Assembly (NCBI GenBank): GCA_041659445.1
Contig: JBAZYG010000002.1
Coordinates: 60,001-92,000, forward strand
Source: Candidatus Saccharimonadota bacterium
Lineage (GTDB): Archaea; Nanobdellota; Nanobdellia; Pacearchaeales; GW2011-AR1
Direction: 5' to 3'
Length of the DNA: 32,000 nt
Shown: positions 17,996-26,246 of the stretch, in pieces
Layout of the letters: each line of letters starts with the position of its first letter
Position numbering within the stretch: the first letter of the stretch is position 1
The notes under the pieces: generated by a model
Seen by the model: the letters and a program-made list of their open reading frames with translations, nothing else
What the model was told of the DNA's origin: nothing
Databases searched by the model: none
Made by a program: the position numbers and the translations under genes

Positions 17996-18036
17996 CACAA
18001 AATAATTTTTAATATTAACAATTTAAAACTTTAATC

Positions 18037-18234
18037 ATGGAAACAGCAACTTTTTTTCTTTTAATCGGAGCGATAGTTTTCATTTTTTTAGGAGCAATTT
18101 TACTTGTCGCTTCTTCAAAAAAAGAAACCTACCATTTTCCCTGGCTGTCTGTAGCATGCCTAATCGTGGCTTTTGCATTTTGTTTAGCCGCCCTCATCGT
18201 GCAAAACTCGGCCGGCGTTCATCCAGCGAACTAA
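18037..18234 (+). CDS. small two-TM membrane protein
   Basis: 65 aa with two hydrophobic helices (FFLLIGAIVFIFLGAILLVA; SVACLIVAFAFCLAALIV). Confidence 0.6.
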   Translation: METATFFLLIGAIVFIFLGAILLVASSKKETYHFPWLSVACLIVAFAFCLAALIVQNSAGVHPAN

Positions 18235-18265
18235 CTTGCAGGAATTTTAACATCTTTTTAAAACA

Positions 18266-18421
18266 ATGGAACAAATAACTTTAATCATACTCGGAGCAGG
18301 ACTTTCCTGTTTAGGAGTATTAAATTTATTTGATTACAAACATAGAGTAAACAGATCTTCCATTCTTGGAATGGGATGGGGTTTAGCTATGTTTATTTTA
18401 GGGATTTGTATCCTTAAATAA
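18266..18421 (+). CDS. small two-TM membrane protein (51 aa)
   Basis: Hand-translated MEQITLIILGAGLSCLGVLNLFDYKHRVNRSSILGMGWGLAMFILGICILK. It has the same TTTAAAACA-ATGGAA start context as other island genes and is below the track cutoff. Confidence 0.45.
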   Translation: MEQITLIILGAGLSCLGVLNLFDYKHRVNRSSILGMGWGLAMFILGICILK

Positions 18422-18673
18422 TCAAATAGAAATCTGCTAATTTTGGATTAGCCGAGTTGATGCATATCTTGGGAACAGAAGCATCAAATTCTTTTTTATC
18501 TTTTCTTGCCTGCACTTCGTCGATGGATAAGAAGTTCGATTCTTCTTGCAGGCACAATTCAGTGTTAAAAAATTCAAAAACAATTTCGACAAAGCGGAAG
18601 GCGGTTTTGTCAAATTAATTAAAAACAAACCCTTAAAAAAAAGTGCCATAAGGAGGCGCTAGCCGAATGTATC

Positions 18674-19300
18674 ATGAAAAATTTAAATGGAAAAAGTTTT
18701 GATGAACCTGAGGAAGAAAGACTGGTAAATCCCAAAGTTTATCAGGCAAAACCCGAACGGGTTTTTACATATCCCGAAGGGACTTTTGGGAGGTTGTGTG
18801 AAGAACAACACTGCAATCCTGATATTCTAATCTCTTCAGAGACAAAAATATCTCTATTTTCAAAAGTAGGTAATCCGGGGTATCGAATGTATACCTACAA
18901 AATTGAAAACAATGAAACAGACGCGTTGAGCGTCTACGAACCATGGGCGAGAATTGAGCTCAAAAAAGATTTTTTCCTTGAAAGGAAAAATCATGCCAAG
19001 GAATGTGGCCGGATTGCAAAAGAGCTTGGACTTCCGTTTGAATTAATTCTGGCTGTCGGCATTGAGCCAGAAAAACGCCAGGCTCTTCTCCAGTTGAAAG
19101 AAAAAGCCGAATGGTTCAGGGAACTGATCCACGAGCTGAAGGAATGCGGAATTAATAAGAGGAAAATGTCTATTCTCGATCTCATCGGGAGAGAGACATA
19201 CGACTCTTTGGATGTCGAAGGTATGGGGCAAAAAAATTCCTCGACAATTGCCCAATTTCTCACAAGGGGAATAACCATCGAGGGTTATTCTAAAAAATAA
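18674..19300 (+). CDS. hypothetical soluble protein
   Basis: 208 aa with island-type composition and no signal peptide; no motif recognised. Confidence 0.65.
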   Translation: MKNLNGKSFDEPEEERLVNPKVYQAKPERVFTYPEGTFGRLCEEQHCNPDILISSETKISLFSKVGNPGYRMYTYKIENNETDALSVYEPWARIELKKDFFLERKNHAKECGRIAKELGLPFELILAVGIEPEKRQALLQLKEKAEWFRELIHELKECGINKRKMSILDLIGRETYDSLDVEGMGQKNSSTIAQFLTRGITIEGYSKK

Positions 19301-19387
19301 TAATTAACTCGGCAGAAATAAGGCACTGCAATGAGACAAAATATTAACTATTAATTGGATAGGGACATGCTATCCATTTTATTTTAA

Positions 19388-19459
19388 TTCATTATAGCTC
19401 AGTTGGTAGAGCATCTGATTTTATTCAGAAGGTCATAGGTTCGAATCCTATTAATGGAA
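19388..19459 (+). tRNA. tRNA-like gene with bacterial-type D-arm and an aberrant 6-nt anticodon loop (Lys-UUU-like, or pseudo-tRNA)
   Basis: TTCATTA-TA-GCTC-AGTTGGTA-GAGC-A-TCTGA-TTTTAT-TCAGA-AGGTC-ATAGG-TTCGAAT-CCTAT-TAATGGA-A. All four stems pair, but the total is 72 nt because the anticodon loop is one nt short. Confidence 0.6.
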
Positions 19460-19460
19460 C

Positions 19461-19910
19461 AATGTTCTCTTTTGAACATTTTAGCTTCATCCCTTGAAGC
19501 TTGCTCATACATGAGCATTTCGTTTCTCAATTTCTTTGAGAGACAAACATTTTTCTTTTTTTAATCTGATTATCATGTTTTTTTAATCAGGTTTCATTCG
19601 CTGAAATTTCCTTCAGCAAACATTTTCCAAAAACTCTTTAGATTTCAGAGCCAAAACAAAATCAATTTGTTATTTTATTTATTTTCAGTTATTATTTATT
19701 TTTAATTATTTTTCAAATTAATTACTTTATTAGTATTTAGTTAAGTTCTTTTTATTTCAATTATTTTCTTATCATTATTTTATTTTTCTTTTCGTCATTT
19801 CGTTCTGAAGTGACAAACATTTTTCTTAGTTTTCTTTTTAGTTGCTCTTTTTCATTAATTTATTTTGAGCAACTTTCTTCGGCTAATTCCAGCCAAACAT
19901 TTTCCCTTTT
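19461..19910 (+). repeat. array of short hairpins, four to five followed by a conserved AAACATTTT(T)C tail
   Basis: Stems TCTCAA/TTGAGA (tail at 19545), GCTGAA/TTCAGC (tail at 19618), GTCATTTC/GAAGTGAC (tail at 19814) and GGCT/AGCC (tail at 19895), plus AATGTTC/GAACATT at 19461-19480. More hairpins at 19483-19501, 19502-19517, 19566-19590 and 19842-19873. Confidence 0.8.
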
Positions 19911-19966
19911 AATTTTTCTTCTGAATTTTTTTTAAACAAATATTAACAATTTAATTTCAAAACGTC

Positions 19967-20806
19967 ATGAAAAATTTAATTTCAAAAAATTGTTCATCGA
20001 TTCTGCCGTTCTTTCTGATTGCATTAATTGCTATCTTTGCATTTTGCTGTGCAAGACCAGTGAATGCTCAATCCACGTGGGATTGTGAAAGGTATTCAGA
20101 TCCCTTTTCATTCAACGTCAAACAAGTCAATAGTTCAATTTGGATTTTGAGTTATTCGATTAAGAATGATTCAATTATGACATTCAACCATGCCGGCGTG
20201 ACCTCTTTGGAGTTGACTTCAAATGATATAATTCTTGATTCCATTGAGGTTGTCTTTGTGTCAAAATTTCCTTTTTCAAGTACACAAATTCAAGCCAGTC
20301 TTAAAAAAGTTTATTTTGAAAATTCCCCACAATTAGTGAGGCAAGATGTTATTTTCAAAACTTTTCCGAAGTGGCCAGACAAGAAAATAGAAACGTTTTA
20401 CATTTACTGCAAAAAAGAAGGAAATAAAGTAACTTTCTATGATGAATTGGTATTTACTAAAACCAAATCAAATTGGCTTTGGCCGACAGCGTGCGTTATA
20501 GTTTTAATTGGGTTTTTTTTAATTGATGCAATTCAAAAGATTGGGGAAAGAAGAAATTATCTCAAAAATGAAAGCAGGGTAGAAAAGTTTTTTTCAGGAT
20601 TTTTTGCAAATACTTTTTGCAGTTTTGGAGAAGTAATTTTCATCCTTATATTAATTATATTATTTCTTTTTAAGATAATGTCCCTAGTAGAAGATTATTC
20701 TTTAGATAAAATTGGAATAATCTTTTATCTGTCTCTGATTTTCTTGTTCTTTCTCGGAAAATTTATTCTTTACAAAATCTTTTTCCGAGGAATTAAAAAA
20801 TACTAA
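19967..20806 (+). CDS. secreted-domain protein with a C-terminal multi-TM region
   Basis: 279 aa with a signal peptide ending VNA|Q, a soluble domain of about 140 aa, then 3-4 hydrophobic helices. Confidence 0.7.
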   Translation: MKNLISKNCSSILPFFLIALIAIFAFCCARPVNAQSTWDCERYSDPFSFNVKQVNSSIWILSYSIKNDSIMTFNHAGVTSLELTSNDIILDSIEVVFVSKFPFSSTQIQASLKKVYFENSPQLVRQDVIFKTFPKWPDKKIETFYIYCKKEGNKVTFYDELVFTKTKSNWLWPTACVIVLIGFFLIDAIQKIGERRNYLKNESRVEKFFSGFFANTFCSFGEVIFILILIILFLFKIMSLVEDYSLDKIGIIFYLSLIFLFFLGKFILYKIFFRGIKKY

Positions 20807-20813
20807 CTTCTTT

Positions 20814-20890
20814 TAAGGGCAAGTTAAAGAAAAGGATTTTCTACGTTTTGCCTTTTTAGATTAGAGATAGCAATCTAATACTTGCCCTTA
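20814..20890 (+). ncRNA. 77-nt Y-shaped structured element (11-bp closing stem plus two internal hairpins), function unknown; may act as a terminator
   Basis: TAAGGGCAAGT (20814-20824) pairs with ACTTGCCCTTA (20880-20890). Inner hairpins are AAAAGG..CCTTTT and TAGATT..AATCTA. It is followed by TTTTC. Confidence 0.4.
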
Positions 20891-20942
20891 TTTTCAAAAC
20901 TTTTTTTCAAAATTAATTCACCAATTCAAAATTTTAAACGCC

Positions 20943-21632
20943 ATGAAAAATTTAATTTCTTTACTTAAAAAAGTAGGAGTCTTTAAAGCAATCGGAATTT
21001 CTGCTTTAATTGGCTTTATTTTGGTAATAATTTTTCTTGTGCTATTACCAAAAAATTCAAATTCACAAGAAATTTCTTCTCCTGAAAAATGGAAGATTAA
21101 TTCCATAAATTTTGTCGCTGGCGAAACACCCTTGACAAAAGGAATTACTTTAAGCCCAGTTTTTTCAAAAGGTAAATCAACAATAATGATAGATCTAAAC
21201 CAGGAATTAGGAGAACTTATGTTTTTTTATTCTCCTAAAAAATGGTGTTCCATCGGGCCATCAGTAGGGTTCTTCAAGAATACATCTTGGGTAGGACCAA
21301 TTGCTTCATTAAACATTTTTAATGGACATGTTACAACTCTTAACTGGGTGGGATGGAGTTTTGGAAACCCTGAAGCAATCGGAGGAGGAACTACAAATTC
21401 CAACGTTGATTTCTTGTTTTCCTTTCACCAGGTTTCTGTCAATTACTTCGGTGTAGAAGGTTATTATATTCTGCAACACTACCAAAAAAATTTTCCCGGG
21501 CACATTGTAGGGGTTAAGTATACTTTTGCCCTCGGAGATAATTTTTCCCTTTTCGGAGGTTATGCTTATATGTTCCGAGCAGATAAATCCCTTTGGTCCG
21601 CAGGTTTCATTTTGTTATTTCCAGAAAAATAA
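20943..21632 (+). CDS. secreted beta-rich protein, putative beta-barrel (paralog of 21636-22316)
   Basis: 229 aa with a signal/anchor ending SNS|Q and alternating hydrophobic strands. It shares the YSPKKWxSIGPSVG block with the next gene (YSPKEWITFGLSAG). Confidence 0.65.
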   Translation: MKNLISLLKKVGVFKAIGISALIGFILVIIFLVLLPKNSNSQEISSPEKWKINSINFVAGETPLTKGITLSPVFSKGKSTIMIDLNQELGELMFFYSPKKWCSIGPSVGFFKNTSWVGPIASLNIFNGHVTTLNWVGWSFGNPEAIGGGTTNSNVDFLFSFHQVSVNYFGVEGYYILQHYQKNFPGHIVGVKYTFALGDNFSLFGGYAYMFRADKSLWSAGFILLFPEK

Positions 21633-21635
21633 ACC

Positions 21636-22316
21636 ATGAAAGCAAATTTCAAATTAAAAGTTCCCGGTCCATTCACAATTGTAGAATGGATTTTCATCAT
21701 GATGATTGTATTGGCAATCGGAACTTGTTCCAGAACCAATGCTCAAACTTCTCAAAATTTCTTCAAGATAAATGTTCATGTTCAAGTTGTTTCAGACGAG
21801 CAATCTGAAACAAGTAAAAAGTTCAGAACATTTTACCAAGAGGAATTTTATTTTAATCATAAATTTTCTTCGAATTTAGCTTTCACAAGTTTTGCAACAG
21901 TTAGAAATGATCGGGGTGAAATTTATTCTGGATTAGAGTACTCACCAAAAGAATGGATAACTTTTGGTTTGAGTGCTGGTCTAGATGTTGCAAAAGAAGC
22001 TGGTTCATCGTCAGCAACTTTGAGAACTGCAACATCTGTTTCCCTCAAGCCAGTAGAACAATTTGAATTCAAAGGAATTTTTGAATATAGCTCTGAGGAT
22101 TACTGGTTTTTGATTGAGCCAAAATACAATGGAAAGAAATTTTCATTGAGTTTGATTGCCCGTCGATATCATGGTGTCGGGTTTTCATTTTATTGGCCGA
22201 TTGCCAAGGGTAATCTGACTTTATGGTACTATGCGGGATATCTTCAAGGAAAATTCCTCGGAGGTGATGATAACCCACGAGCCTCTTCAGCCTTAGGGTT
22301 GAAAGTTAATTTTTAA
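21636..22316 (+). CDS. outer-membrane-type beta-barrel-like protein
   Basis: 226 aa with a signal peptide ending TNA|Q and amphipathic beta-strand periodicity. The C-terminus is ALGLKVNF, with terminal Phe and alternating hydrophobics (bacterial OMP beta-signal). Confidence 0.65.
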   Translation: MKANFKLKVPGPFTIVEWIFIMMIVLAIGTCSRTNAQTSQNFFKINVHVQVVSDEQSETSKKFRTFYQEEFYFNHKFSSNLAFTSFATVRNDRGEIYSGLEYSPKEWITFGLSAGLDVAKEAGSSSATLRTATSVSLKPVEQFEFKGIFEYSSEDYWFLIEPKYNGKKFSLSLIARRYHGVGFSFYWPIAKGNLTLWYYAGYLQGKFLGGDDNPRASSALGLKVNF

Positions 22317-22347
22317 TTTACTTAATACTAATTTAATTTTTAAAACA

Positions 22348-22842
22348 ATGGAAAATTTTCTTGAAAACAAATCAGTTGCAAAAATCTGCTTGATTCTTGC
22401 AATTATCATCATGGTGATTCTGTCTCTCTCGCCAATAGATGCAAAGTCTCAAGTGATTGTTAATGACGCTGATTCAAGTGTTGTCCTTGACATTCAGAGC
22501 ACCTCTGGCGGTATTCTCATTTCCCGGATGACAGAAGCTCAACGTGACAGCATCTCAGAACCAGCGAATGGTTTGCTGATTTATCAAACAACCGTTCCAA
22601 TGGGTTTTTATTTTTGGGACGGAGTCCAGTGGAACAGGCTCGTAAGTGAAAATGCAGAAGGTATCATACAATATGGTGAGGCAGAATTTTCTGGAGAGCC
22701 TTCCCAGGAATTATTTGAAAGTGTTTTTGGTATCAGACAATTTCATTTTCATTTCACTCTGCTAAGCACAAATCAGAATAAAGTCTTCACTGGCGCCTAC
22801 ATTACTGGGCATGGGTTTTTCTATGAAAAACTCAAGCAATAA
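22348..22842 (+). CDS. secreted protein with an STSGGILISRMT..QRD.I..P..GLLIYQT....W motif
   Basis: 164 aa with a signal peptide ending AKS|Q. From memory, the motif resembles one common in Bacteroidota secreted hypothetical proteins; this was not verified. Confidence 0.6.
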   Translation: MENFLENKSVAKICLILAIIIMVILSLSPIDAKSQVIVNDADSSVVLDIQSTSGGILISRMTEAQRDSISEPANGLLIYQTTVPMGFYFWDGVQWNRLVSENAEGIIQYGEAEFSGEPSQELFESVFGIRQFHFHFTLLSTNQNKVFTGAYITGHGFFYEKLKQ

Positions 22843-22946
22843 CAACTACAACCCTTAATTGGGATTCTGCATTTCTAAATTTCTTTGGCATTATTAAAGA
22901 AATTAAATTCTCAAAATGTTTATTAATCATCAAATTTCAAAATGTC

Positions 22947-23093
22947 ATGGCAAAAAAGAATTTTGCAACCAGAATCATCTTAGAAAATGATGGAGTTTCT
23001 AAAGATGAAGAAATTCCTCTCAAAGCCAAAATGAAAAATATACATAAAACCTACCATCCACTAAAAGGGATGAAAGGAAAAAAAGCAGAATAA
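22947..23093 (+). CDS. small basic protein (48 aa)
   Basis: Hand-translated MAKKNFATRIILENDGVSKDEEIPLKAKMKNIHKTYHPLKGMKGKKAE. It is preceded by the island leader AAATTTCAAAATGTC-ATG and followed by a 10-bp-stem hairpin. Confidence 0.45.
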   Translation: MAKKNFATRIILENDGVSKDEEIPLKAKMKNIHKTYHPLKGMKGKKAE

Positions 23094-23236
23094 AACCCAT
23101 CAGCAACGCAAAAGGCAGGAACTTTTAATCTAAATTAACTAATGGTTTTTGATGAATCTCTATCTTCCCCTGCCTTTTTAATTTGAAAACAATTTATGTC
23201 AAAATATTAATTCAAAACTTTTAATTTCAAAACGTC

Positions 23237-23746
23237 ATGAAAACAAAAGAGAACAATTTTCTGTATTGGGGAGTTGTGATTGTTTTTTTAGTAACGATCA
23301 TATCCCTGGTCTTAATGTTTGTTTCTATAATTTCAAAAGCAAATAAAAAAGATTTAGAAACAAAATCTTCCAACACTTCAAACGTTGTTTTTGTGGAGAA
23401 TTCTGATTCTTCAATAATAATAAACGCAGAAGTTATCATCTCAGAATTCAACGGAATTTCTGATTCCGTTGATTACCAAACCAGCGAGGATTTTATAGAT
23501 ATTTCCTTAGCAATAGAACAATATTATCCTTGCTCAGATACTACTCTCTGTGACAGCCTGAGACAAAATTTTATTGACGAGCTTAGAAAAATTTCAGATG
23601 TTAATGTCCTTGAAATTTTTCTCGAGACAATCAATAGGGTTTTCATCAACACAGACTTTTCAAAAACCGATGACATTAAATCATTAATTACTCAGAGAGT
23701 TAATGATTTATACGCCCTTGAATCATATCAAGAACTCAAAAAATAA
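23237..23746 (+). CDS. N-terminally anchored extracytoplasmic protein
   Basis: 169 aa with one TM (LYWGVVIVFLVTIISLVLMFVSII), and the leader TTAATTTCAAAACGTC-ATG, nearly identical to that of 19967. Confidence 0.65.
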   Translation: MKTKENNFLYWGVVIVFLVTIISLVLMFVSIISKANKKDLETKSSNTSNVVFVENSDSSIIINAEVIISEFNGISDSVDYQTSEDFIDISLAIEQYYPCSDTTLCDSLRQNFIDELRKISDVNVLEIFLETINRVFINTDFSKTDDIKSLITQRVNDLYALESYQELKK

Positions 23747-23785
23747 TTTTCAAAACTTTTTTCAAAACAATTTAAATTAAATGTC

Positions 23786-24178
23786 ATGGAAAAATTTGGT
23801 ATTTATTTAGTATGGATGCTGATACTTCTTGTATTTGCGTTCTTAAATCGCACCATCCTGTATTATGGAGCAATCTGTCCAGCCGTCAGTGGAAGACCTG
23901 TTGCTGACTTAAGACCTTGGAGAATATTCTCTTGGGTTTTCGGAGGAATTTCCTTTATTGTTTACAATTTTCTTTTGTTAGTTCCAATCGACAGCGAGTT
24001 TAAAGATTTCTTCAAACCAGTGTGCCTGATTTTTGCTGGAACCTGTGTTCTGGCATTAATTCTTTTTGCCCTGCTAAGTTCTGATGCAATTTTGATGACT
24101 ATCCGTCGGAGATTTAATCTCGTTGGAATTGCGTTAGGAATTGTCTTGTGCCTAACGCTTTCATTCTTCCTGTTATAA
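23786..24178 (+). CDS. four-TM integral membrane protein
   Basis: 130 aa with four hydrophobic segments. Confidence 0.65.
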   Translation: MEKFGIYLVWMLILLVFAFLNRTILYYGAICPAVSGRPVADLRPWRIFSWVFGGISFIVYNFLLLVPIDSEFKDFFKPVCLIFAGTCVLALILFALLSSDAILMTIRRRFNLVGIALGIVLCLTLSFFLL

Positions 24179-24184
24179 CATTCA

Positions 24185-24224
24185 TTGCATTATGTATCTC
24201 TTGAAGATTATAATGCATTTCTTT
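24185..24224 (+). terminator. hairpin plus T-run (intrinsic-terminator-like)
   Basis: TGCATTAT (24185-24192) pairs with ATAATGCA (24209-24216), followed by TTTCTTTG. Confidence 0.55.
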
Positions 24225-24300
24225 GATTTCAATTACTCAATTTAATTTGAGACAAAATATTTTTCACAAATTTCTATTTATTAATTCAAAAATTTTTACC

Positions 24301-25152
24301 ATGAAAAAAATCGTTTTTTTATTCGGAATTTTCTTCCTTTTTTTAGGAAGTATCTTTTCCCAAGACATCATCTATAAAAGAGATGGGTCCAGAATTCAAT
24401 CAGTGGTTTTGAAAATCACTGAGACGTCGATAGAATATCAATATTTCAATCAACCCGACGGGCCTGTGCGAGTACTCTCTCTAAAAGATGTGTATATGGT
24501 CAGGTACAACGACGGAACAGAAGAACAATTCACATCTGAAGTTCCTGAAGTTCAACCTGAACCTGAGGCTGTTTCCACCACATCTATTATGCCGACGACA
24601 ACAATCAGTCAACCTGTTTCAACAGAACCAATTCAGCCACCAGTTACAACCAAACAAAAATCATCTGGAAAATTCTCCCTCAATGCTGGAGGGTTTCTCC
24701 ATATGTATTACAACGAGGAAATGTCCTCGACATTTGGCACCATGCCTTTGTTCGGCTTGGGTCTTGGCGTGGACATGGATAATATATTTTTCACGCTGAG
24801 ATATAATACTGGCTCTGTGAAGTATGATGAGGATAACTGGACATTAAAGCATTCCCAGTTGGACTTGCTGTTCGATTTAAAGTGGTATAAATCACAGGGA
24901 AGCAAAGCCCAAGTATATTCTGGAATTGGGCTTTCTCTTAATACATTGAAAGATGAAGGTCCAGACAACGAGAAAGAAAAAGGAACAGGTGCAGGGGTTT
25001 TGCTCGAGCTTGGCTTTGATATCTTACTTGCAAATAATTTATATTTGTTTGTCACGGCAACATCTGTGATAGGGAATGTAAATATTTACGAAGAGAAAGT
25101 TAACATCAGCGGAGAACGACTCGGAGTCGGGCTCAAGGTTAACTTTGATTAA
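24301..25152 (+). CDS. outer-membrane-type beta-barrel protein with an N-terminal small domain and a Pro/Thr-rich linker
   Basis: Start taken at MKKIVFLFGIFFLFLGSIFS|QD. It has an N-domain IIYKRDGSRIQSVVLKITETSIEYQYFNQPDGPVRVLSLKDVYMVRYNDGTEEQF, a PEPEAVSTTSIMPTTT linker, about 8 amphipathic strands, and ends GVGLKVNFD. Confidence 0.7.
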   Translation: MKKIVFLFGIFFLFLGSIFSQDIIYKRDGSRIQSVVLKITETSIEYQYFNQPDGPVRVLSLKDVYMVRYNDGTEEQFTSEVPEVQPEPEAVSTTSIMPTTTISQPVSTEPIQPPVTTKQKSSGKFSLNAGGFLHMYYNEEMSSTFGTMPLFGLGLGVDMDNIFFTLRYNTGSVKYDEDNWTLKHSQLDLLFDLKWYKSQGSKAQVYSGIGLSLNTLKDEGPDNEKEKGTGAGVLLELGFDILLANNLYLFVTATSVIGNVNIYEEKVNISGERLGVGLKVNFD

Positions 25153-25269
25153 CTTTTAAATTTTCAAAAAATCCTTAATCGAAATTCTAAAATTAGTTTG
25201 AAGAAAAGAGCATAACTGTGAGTGTATGCTTTTAAATTTTCAAAATGTCTAATAACAAATTTTTTAACA

Positions 25270-26055
25270 ATGGAAACAAAAACAAAAAAAATCACATGGT
25301 GGGACGTAGCATTTGTCGCCATCGTGGTGACTTTGGTGGGGTTTGTACTTTGGGTTTGTCTCACACCGCCGCCCAACAAAATAACCGACGAGAGAGCCCA
25401 ACAAACCCAAGATTCACTCTCAAACCAGTATCGATTTGAGTGTAACTTAATTTCTTTCAACTCAGAACCAGTTCCGGCCTTTTTTGAATGGTTGGAATTG
25501 CAAGGAGAGGGATACACTCCAGTAGGTAATAATCCGGTTCTGGTACCCATACGTTCAGGACAGGAAATGATTTATTCGTATGAAGGTAAAATGTATAAAG
25601 GCATTTTACCAAACACAACCTACTTCATGTGGGAGCCAGCTTCAGGTATGGAATTCAAATGTCTCTCCAGAAATGGAGCAATTATATCCATAACTCCTTA
25701 TGAAACAGGTGAGCCAGTCCAGTATTTTATCCGTCGATACAATGAATTCTGGAGTTTCGAGGAATTAAAAATTCGTAATTATCGTTATTCATTGAACATC
25801 ACCGCAATTTATCCTTGGGGAGAAATTCTCATCGATAACTACGAAGATCTGTTGATGAATTCTTCTGTAAAAAGGTTTCGCTCCTGGGGACCTGCTTATG
25901 AAGTTCAGGTCGGGCAAGCTGAGTTAAATGGGTGGGAAGATTTTTTCCTCGTCAGTCAGGATGGGAAAGCATGGCTTACCCGCGAACAAGAGCAACGACG
26001 ACGTGAAAGTCAGTTCATACATAACGTCGGACCTGGAGGTTTTATACTTCCATAA
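25270..26055 (+). CDS. N-terminally anchored extracytoplasmic protein
   Basis: Start taken at METKTKKITWWDVAFVAIVVTLVGFVLWVCL (single TM); the remaining roughly 230 aa are soluble with no recognised motif. Confidence 0.65.
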   Translation: METKTKKITWWDVAFVAIVVTLVGFVLWVCLTPPPNKITDERAQQTQDSLSNQYRFECNLISFNSEPVPAFFEWLELQGEGYTPVGNNPVLVPIRSGQEMIYSYEGKMYKGILPNTTYFMWEPASGMEFKCLSRNGAIISITPYETGEPVQYFIRRYNEFWSFEELKIRNYRYSLNITAIYPWGEILIDNYEDLLMNSSVKRFRSWGPAYEVQVGQAELNGWEDFFLVSQDGKAWLTREQEQRRRESQFIHNVGPGGFILP

Positions 26056-26246
26056 TTCCCCCAATTATTAAACCCAAAATGTGAAGTTGACAAGAATGTG
26101 ACTTGATGTGCACATTTTTTCTTTTGAACAAATTATTAATTTAAAAAAGAAAGGAGGAAAAAATAATTAAGAGTGTTGGTATGAACATAACCTTATTTTT
26201 AAGGTGTATGTAAAATTATAATTATTCACCTAAATTTTAAATCATC

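Noticed and set aside
18437-18649. 70-aa minus-strand ORF in the 18.4-18.7 kb intergenic region
   Set aside because: It has no leader motif, runs opposite to every other island gene and spans three hairpins. The region is more plausibly a structured noncoding leader.
18650-18656. AAGGAGG as the Shine-Dalgarno for the gene at 18674
   Set aside because: The spacing to that ATG (about 20 nt) is too long, although the spacing to the out-of-frame ATG at 18667 is acceptable. It is recorded only as part of a possible leader arrangement.
19461-19910. CRISPR array
   Set aside because: The repeats are not identical, since only the short tail and loop are conserved. Spacing is irregular (about 70 to 200 bp). 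No cas genes are present in the window.
19461-19910. Minus-strand mini-ORFs starting at the conserved motif (GAAAATGTTTG: MFAEGNFSE, MFVSQRN, MFVTSERNDEKKNKIMIRK, MFGWN)
   Set aside because: Their lengths (5-19 aa) and sequences after MF are not conserved, whereas the hairpin complementarity is. A nucleic-acid-level function is therefore more parsimonious. They are still worth a look in ribosome profiling.
24223-24300. Upstream extension of the beta-barrel gene (MISITQFNLRQ...)
   Set aside because: The extension would bury the obvious signal peptide MKKIVFLFGIFFLFLGSIFS|Q. The ATG at 24301 also has the island-type A/T-rich leader.
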